The notes under the pieces: model-generated
The model's database searches: none
Told to the model about the DNA's origin: nothing
The model's input: only the letters and a program-made list of their open reading frames with translations
Assembly: GCF_006345805.1 (NCBI RefSeq)
Contig: NC_043008.1
Coordinates: forward strand, 19,096,001 to 19,160,000
DNA from: Octopus sinensis
Lineage: Eukaryota
Length of the DNA: 64,000 bases
Direction: 5' to 3'
Shown here: positions 56,232 to 64,000 of the stretch, in pieces
How the letters are laid out: each line of letters starts with the position of its first letter
Position numbering within the stretch: position 1 is the first letter of the stretch
Position numbers and translations under genes: made by a program

Positions 56232-56611
56232 TGTGTGTGTGTATTTGTATGTCTGTGTTTGTTCCCTCACTTTTGCTTGATAATTGCTGTTGGTGTGTTT
56301 ACATCCCTGTAAATTAGCAGTTTGGCAAAAGAGACCGATAGAATAAGTACTAGGCTTACAAAGAATAAGTCCTGGAGTTGAACTGTTTGACTAAAGGTGG
56401 TGCTCCAGCATGGCTGCAGTCAAATTACTGAAACAAGTAAAAAAAAATAAAAGAATAAAAGAATATGTGTGTGTGTGTATTACAAATATATATATATTTA
56501 TGAATATATGTATATCTATATAAATATGAATATATATTTAAATATCTATATATATTTACATATATATATGTATTTATACATATATATATATGTGTATATA
56601 TATATATATAT

Positions 56612-56646
<35 letters not shown>

Positions 56647-56842
56647 GTGTGTGTGCGCACGTGTGTGTGTGTGTGTATTTGTCTGTCCTCGTTTGTCCCC
56701 TCTGTGTTTAGCGCCCTGTGGGCAGTAAAGAAATAAGAGACCATGCCAAATCAGACTGGAGTCTGGTGCAGCCCCTCGACTTATCAGCCCTGGTCAAACC
56801 ATCCAACCCATGCCAGCATAGACAACAGACATTAAATGATGC

Positions 56843-56874
<32 letters not shown>

Positions 56875-58471
56875 CTGTACTAGTTGATTTTAGCATGTAA
56901 ATCATACCAAAGGTGATGTACAAATGAATAGTAACAAAAAACGATGAGAAATTTCTCTGAAGCTGTACTTTTAAAACTTTTATAACTTTTGTCTCTTTGA
57001 TCATATCTAGCACTCAGTCTGACAACCGGTTCTTACACAGATTGACAACCAGATATTATTCTTTTCATTCAATTCAACAAACAATACACATTCTTATAAA
57101 GCACAAAAGTATGGAAGAAATCGATGACATAAGAGTCTATGGCAAGTTATGTCTACCTAAAAGTGTCTTGTGAGTGAACAAAATAAATAAAGGTTGTTGA
57201 GTTTGTCTAGTAGAAACCACACCAAAATACCTCCAAGGTCATTCTATATATTGAGGAATTCATCAGAAGACATCGTGCTGGGTTTTTGTTTATGGATGAT
57301 TTTTATGCATAATTTTATGCTTGGCGTAGCAGTGGCTGTGTGGTAAGTAGCTTGCTTACCAGTCACATGGTTCCAGGTTCAGTCCCACTGTGTGGCACCT
57401 TGGTCAAGTGTCTTCTATTATAGCCTTGGGCCGACCAAAGCCTTGTGAGTGGATTTGGTAGACAGAAATTGAAAGAAGCTCTTCGTATATATGTATATAT
57501 ATATATATGTGTGTGTGTATATGTTTCTGTGTCTGTGTTTGTCCCCACCCTCAACAACGCTTGACAGCCGATGCTGGTGTGTTTAGCTGTTCAGCAAAAA
57601 AGACTGATATAATAAGTACTAGGCTTCTAAAGAATAAGTCCTGGGGTCGATTTGCTCGACTAAAGGCGGTGCTCCAGCATGGCCACAGTCACATGACTGA
57701 AACAAGTAAAAGAGTAAAAGAGTAAAAGAATAATGTATGCAATATCTTGCTATTTAGCTGATACTACTTGGCTCAGTGGTTGGAGCATCACTCACAATCA
57801 TGAGGTAGTGAGTTCGATTCCTGTACTAGGTTGCGTGTTGTGTTCTTGAGCAAGACACTTTATTTCATGTTGCTCCAGTTCACTCAGCTGTAGAAATGTG
57901 TTGCGACATCTGTGGTGGCCAAACTGTATCGGCCTTTGCCTTTCCCTTGGATAACATCAGTGATATGAAGAGGGGAGGCTGGCATGCTTGGACTACTACT
58001 GCTGGTCTTCCATAAACAATCTTGCTCAGACTCGTGCCTAGAAGGGAAACTTTCTAGGTGCAATCCCATGATCATTCATGACTGAAGGCTGTCTTTATTC
58101 TTACCTTACTTTCTATAGAAAGATATGTGACCAAACCCTTTAGCATTCAGACTATTCTGTTAAACGTTTTTTTTTCATGCCTTTTTAAAGCCTAGCCAGG
58201 CTCATGGGCACCTGTATATCTCCCTTTACTTTCTCTTTTACTCTTTTACTTGTTTCAGTCATTTGACTGTGACCATGCTGAAGCACTGCCTTTAGTCGAC
58301 CCCAGGACTTATTCTTTGTAAGCCTAGTACTTATTCTTTCGGTCTCTTTTGCCGAACTGCTAAGTTACGGGGACGTAAATACACCAGCATCAGTTGTCAA
58401 GCGATGTTGGAGGGACAAACACAGACACACAAACACACACACACAAATACATATATATATATATGTATATA

Positions 58472-58523
<52 letters not shown>

Positions 58524-59403
58524 ATATATACACACACACAAACATATATACGATGGGCTTCTTTCAGTTTCCGTCTACCAAATCCACAGACAAGGCTCTG
58601 GTTGGCCCAAAGCTATAGTAGAAGACATTTGCCCAAGGTGCCACGCAGTGGGACTCAACCCGGAACCATGTGGTTCATAAGCAAGATACTTACCACACAG
58701 CCACTACTATGCCTATAATATGATTTTATAAAAGAAACAACAATTAATTTGGTGTTAACACATTTAATGTAACGAGCATTTCAAACTCAACCAACGAAAG
58801 GTCTGACAGTTCATATTTCACCAATGACACTGATGTGCACATGACAAGAGCACTTAGCCCTCAATGAGACTGTCAATAAGATTGTCAACTTAGCTATAAA
58901 TAGATATCATCAGATAGAGTTGTTTACTACGGTAAACAATAGCAGCAGTGTAAATCCTACAAATGTTGCATTCATTTCAGAGATAATCCATCATAAAAGC
59001 ACTGACAATACAGGATTAGATTTAAAATCTACTACAACTACCACCACGACCACCACAACCACTTGATTCAATGAGTTGGGCCCTTATGTATGGATGTGCC
59101 TTACATTCTGTTTCTAAAAGATTCCTGTATCAAAACTATTAATTGCAACACAGTTTAGCATGATTTTTGTTCTTGGGTAGCCGCTGTTAGTTCATATTTG
59201 CTTACCCCCTAGAAAGTGAAGGCACATGGCTCAGTGGTTAGAGCCATCAGTCTCAGAATCATGAGATAGTGAGTTCAATTCCTGGACTGCACTATATGCT
59301 GTGTTCTTGAGCAAGACACTTTATTTTCACATTGTCCCAGTTCACTCATCTGTACAAAAGAGTTACAACATCACTGTATCAAGCTTTTGCTTTTCCCTTA
59401 GAT

Positions 59404-59622
59404 CAGTGCTTTTCAAACTTTTTGCTGGAGCGGAACCCCAAGGAAACATTCCACTGGCTCGAGGAACCCCTGTGCAATAATTTAATAGTCTTATGCACAC
59501 ATATCTGCAGAGGAAACCTAAAAATTACTGCCGATTTTAGCAGTTTTGTAAGTTCTTGCGGAACCCCTGGACTGTACTGGCGGAACCCTAAGGTTCCAAG
59601 GAACCCTGGTTGAAAACCACTG
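59404..59622. mobile_element. hAT-type MITE, 219 bp, nested inside a SINE
   Basis: TIRs cagtgcttttcaaac / rc cagtggttttcaacc; 8-bp TSD ccttagat / ccttagac; the host SINE resumes on both sides. Confidence 0.88.
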
Positions 59623-61036
59623 CCTTAGACAATATCGGTGGCATGGAAAGAGAAGATTGGTATGCATGGGCAACTGCGGGTCTTCCACAAACAACCTTGC
59701 CCGGAGACATGCCTTGGAGGGGAATTGTCTAGATGCAATCCCATGGTCATTCATGACCAACGGGGGCCTTTACCCCTAGAAAGGATAGAAAATGGTTAAT
59801 AATTCCTTCAATCTTTGCTTTTGTTACATTATTCAAACCCCAAAGAATCCCTCAACACATGGCTATGATGTTTCCCCACTACTCCTGCTCATGATCCAAG
59901 ATACATATATTATCAGACACTAAGGCACATGCTCAAGTGGTTATGGTCAAGCTACTGACAAGCAAACCTATGGTATTGCGCAGAATATTTACTATAACAA
60001 TATTTCTGCCTCAGCAACTCAGTGCTGAGTCTGTCTGAAATGTAATGGAAAATAGGTCAGTTTCAAAACATTGATGTCCAGGTCACAAGAGCAAAAATTG
60101 AAGGGAATAGAGGTCATTTCCTTTGACTTCTAAATAGAAACAGATAGGAAATAACACTTACTGACCAAAGACAAAAAAGTACTAAAATTTTGTTACACAG
60201 AGTAATTCTTGTAATATCTCACCACATCAACAATCCAAAGTAAGTCCCCCCCTTTCTCAATATTCGATCCCAGTTGCTAAATTGACTGGATTCTTTCCAA
60301 TTTGTTCTGTTTGGTTTACAGTCTTTCCCTAGACATTCATCACCATATAAGTGATGTGGCTGTGTGGTTAAGAACCTTGCTTTGCAACTATATCATTTCA
60401 AGTTCAGTCCCACTGAGTGGTATCTAGAGCATATTTTTTTTACTACATACCTGGGCAGACCAATGCTTTGTAAGTGAATTGTGTCTGTGTGGAAAATGTG
60501 TGGAAGCCCATTGTGACATCTGACTTATTTTATCGACCGCAAAAGGATGAAAGGCAAAGTTGACTTTCATGGAATTTGAACTCAAAACATACAGGCAGAC
60601 ACAATGCCACTAAGCATTATGTCTGGTCTTCTGACAACTCTGCCAACTTCCCGACCTCATCAATGGAATTACAAGACAAGACTAAAACTACTCAAGTTGA
60701 TATTTGATATGAAGGACACCAAACAAATTCTTGAAAACCAAACTACGGTTCTAGAAGAGCAGATATATATGCAATGCAACTTTTGAGTGAGTGATCACAC
60801 AGTACACAAATTCTGGCAGACAATACAAGGAATCTAATTTCTTCACTCTATCCTAGATTTTTCTAGTTTTCTAGTTTTACAATTGTTAATAAAACTGAGA
60901 TAACATTTCAATACAGTCTATTCTATTTTTTCCACACATGTTTAAAATCAGTTGTGAAAACAGTGACTCAAATCTCTGCTGTAGGACAACTTCCCATCAA
61001 AGAAGAAATGTGGAAAAAATTACACACACATACACA

Positions 61037-61101
<65 letters not shown>

Positions 61102-61242
61102 TCCTACATAAATATAACAGGCATACATACCTTGGAACCAGTGGTGAAAAATATATTTTACAAATAGTACCAGAGCATACATGTATAAACACCTATAAAT
61201 TCATACATACACACACACAAACACATACACATACATACACAG

Positions 61243-61273
<31 letters not shown>

Positions 61274-62371
61274 CATACATACATATAACAGACATACATA
61301 CTTTGGAACCATTGGTGAAAAATATATTTTACAAATAATACCAGCGCATACATGTATAAACTCCCATAAATTCATATATATTTACACACACACAAACACA
61401 CACACACACACTCACATACACACACACACACACATACACACACACACATGGCTGCTTGAAAAATATTTACAACAAATAACACAGGCTTCAAAATAATAGC
61501 CAAATGCTGAAAAACTCCAAGAGGCTGCAATATATTCATCTTTACATAAAGCCTTTGCAAATCCATTGCTTGAATTCAAACTCAAAGTTTGTACCATTCC
61601 TGCCTATGTTTTGAACTTCAAGACAAACATAAAAAAGGGACTGGGTTGATTGAACTTGTTGATATTAAGCCCAGTGGTGGCTTGTAGATAAAAGTAGTCG
61701 GGGTGCTGCTTCAGAAAATTCTTAGCCATTGTTTTAATATTGTGTAAAAGAAACAAACATATAAAAAGAAAATTTATATGTAAACTTGATCAGTTTGTGT
61801 TTTAGCCACTACCGTATAGTGTGTTTCATTCCACCCCGAATTCCCCCTTGTTTTTCAAAAATCCCCCCTAAATCACAAAATAAGGGGAGAAAATGTGCTC
61901 TATTTTTCAAATCCTGGCAGCAACACTGAAGCTGGAAGCAGGATAATAATCTAATTTTATACATTTTATCACATTCAAGAATATAAACACGTTTTTAAGC
62001 GCAACACACGCAGAGTCAAAAGAAACACTACCTTTCACCAGCACACTGTGTGAATGACAGTGCTCTTTCTCCCTAGCATGAAGCTTCCTATCTCAAACAT
62101 GTAAGCATGCACACAACAGCCAAATACCACATCGCTGGAACTGCGAAGCGCACAGTTCTATACAAGGACTTCTGTATTTTTTACATAAACTAGGGGGATG
62201 GTTACTGACATTAAGCTTAAGGATTATATAATGTACAAGTATAAAGAAAGAATTAGGGAAAAAAGGACTCATTATATTGAATGTTATTGATAATATCAAG
62301 TGGAAATAGTTCCGCAGTGCCTATACACGAGCCACCACTGATTAAGCCTAAATTATGATTAAGCCTAAATT

Positions 62372-62586
62372 AAGGGGTTGCTGAAAAGTTCTTGGCTTTA
62401 AAGGTATCATGAAAGCCTGGTTGGAGACCTACCCTTCTGAGTTCTTTTACAGGGCTTAGAAAAACTGAAGGACCGCTGCAACAAGTGTGTGAATCTCAGA
62501 GGGGAATAGGTTGGATAAAATCATAATTGACTGATCCTCCTGTATTTTCTTTTACCCAAAACCAGGAACATTTCAGCATCCTCTCG
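62372..62586 (+). mobile_element. Short mariner-derived MITE
   Basis: Imperfect TIRs aggggttgctgaaaagttcttggcttt / aaaaccaggaacatttcagcatcctctc; internal remnant QGLEKLKDRCNKCVNLRGE resembles a mariner transposase C-terminus. Confidence 0.75.
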
Positions 62587-63079
62587 TGTTTGTGTCTCCT
62601 TGTCTTCACATTATATGATAGTTGTAAATGAGCATCACTGTCATACAAGCAGTGTCGTTCATTTTGAATATTGTGCCAAAAACCATGTCTGGCCATGAAG
62701 AAATATTATCTTGCTTGGAAACCGAGCGTGGGTTGGTGACAGAAAGAGCATCCAGCTGCAGAAAGTTTTACCTTAATAAACTTTATCTCATTCATGCAAG
62801 CAGGGAAAGGTGGACAAAAATATGATGATAATGATGATGATAATGATGATGATAATAAAGGTGGTGGTGGTGGTGGTGGTTTTGGTGGTAATGGTAGCAA
62901 TGGTGGTGGCAGCAGTGATGGTGGTGCTGGTGCTGGTGGTGCTAGTGCTGGTGGTGCTGGTGGTGGCAGCAACAGTGGTGTTGGCAATGGTAGTGGCAGC
63001 AGTGGTGATGATGATGATGATGATGATGATGATATAGACAGACAGATAGACAGATAAACAGGCAGATAGACAGACAAAC

Positions 63080-63114
<35 letters not shown>

Positions 63115-64000
63115 TATATGTATGAAGAAACAGCATTTCCAGGTGTTTTAAGATATGCCTCAGCATAAGAAACATTCCTAATTTACACGGATACTTTATA
63201 GAAATGGAGCTAAACATTACGTTTCATGTACAAATATTTACAATAGAAACTTTGTTATCAACAATTTATCCTTGAAGATTAGAAGTGCACCATTTAGCAG
63301 AAGCACAAATGCAGTACATACATGCACACACACAAGCACATACACACACACACACTATATATATATATATGTATATATATTCTCTCTTTACTTATTTCAG
63401 TCATTTAACTGGAGCACTGTCTTTAATCGAGCAACTCGACTCCAGTAAGCCCAGTACTTATTCTATCGGTCTCTTTTGCCAAACCGCTAAGTAACGGGGA
63501 CATAAACACACCAGCATCGGTTGTCAAGCAATGCTAGGTGGACAAATACAGACACACAAACGCATATATATATATACATATATACGACGGGCTTCTTTCA
63601 GTTTCCGTCTACCAAATCCACTCACAAGGCATTGGTCGGCCCGAGGCTATAGTAGAAGACACTTGCCCAAGTAGCCAGGCAGTGGGACGGAACCCGGAAC
63701 CATGTGGTTGGTAAACAAGTTACTTACCACACAGCCATATATATACATATACATATATATATATAATATGATGGGTCTAGTTCACTTGTGACCTGAACGA
63801 ATAGGTACGCTAGGTAAGTGTTATAGTCAGTCAACTGCTAGGTTCCAAGATCACAGCTAAGGCTGGATCTAGGGATCTTTATTAGGGTTACGTTATTTCA
63901 GGTATATATTATCATTAGAGGAAAAAATCAAAACCAAGGCAGAGCGAGTATCTCAAGTCATTCAGAATAATTTAGTTAGGGTAGTATGGGTGAAGGTTAT

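Overview
Eukaryotic, AT-rich, extremely repeat-dense genomic DNA whose SINE and microsatellite content looks like an Octopus (coleoid cephalopod) genome; that assignment is inferred from repeat content, not from a database match. The only protein-coding gene I can support is a minus-strand long-tailed class I myosin (Myo1e/f-like). Twelve GT-AG exons between 30133 and 772 splice into one continuous 1374-nt (458-aa) motor-domain frame with the P-loop GESGAGKT, switch I NNNSSRFGK and switch II DIYGFE. The 3' exons lie beyond the left edge of the window. The upstream coding exons were not found. The acceptor at 30134 has a U12 (minor spliceosome) branch point, so 30134-64000 is probably a very long minor intron (a 100-N gap at 30993-31092 is a caveat). 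The rest is at least four tRNA/SINE-like families, RTE-type LINE fragments, mariner, hAT, piggyBac and Helitron-type non-autonomous elements, mini- and microsatellites, and Penelope-like remnants. Almost all ORFs in the supplied track are microsatellite or SINE artefacts. The most notable observations are a set of hammerhead-ribozyme-like motifs whose intact cores occur only antisense to the myosin transcript, an RTE LINE with a twin-priming-type 5' inversion, a templated-insertion scar inside a Helentron-type element, recurrent SINE multimers with shared junctions, and several fold-back structures. I did not find a clearly new multi-gene system.
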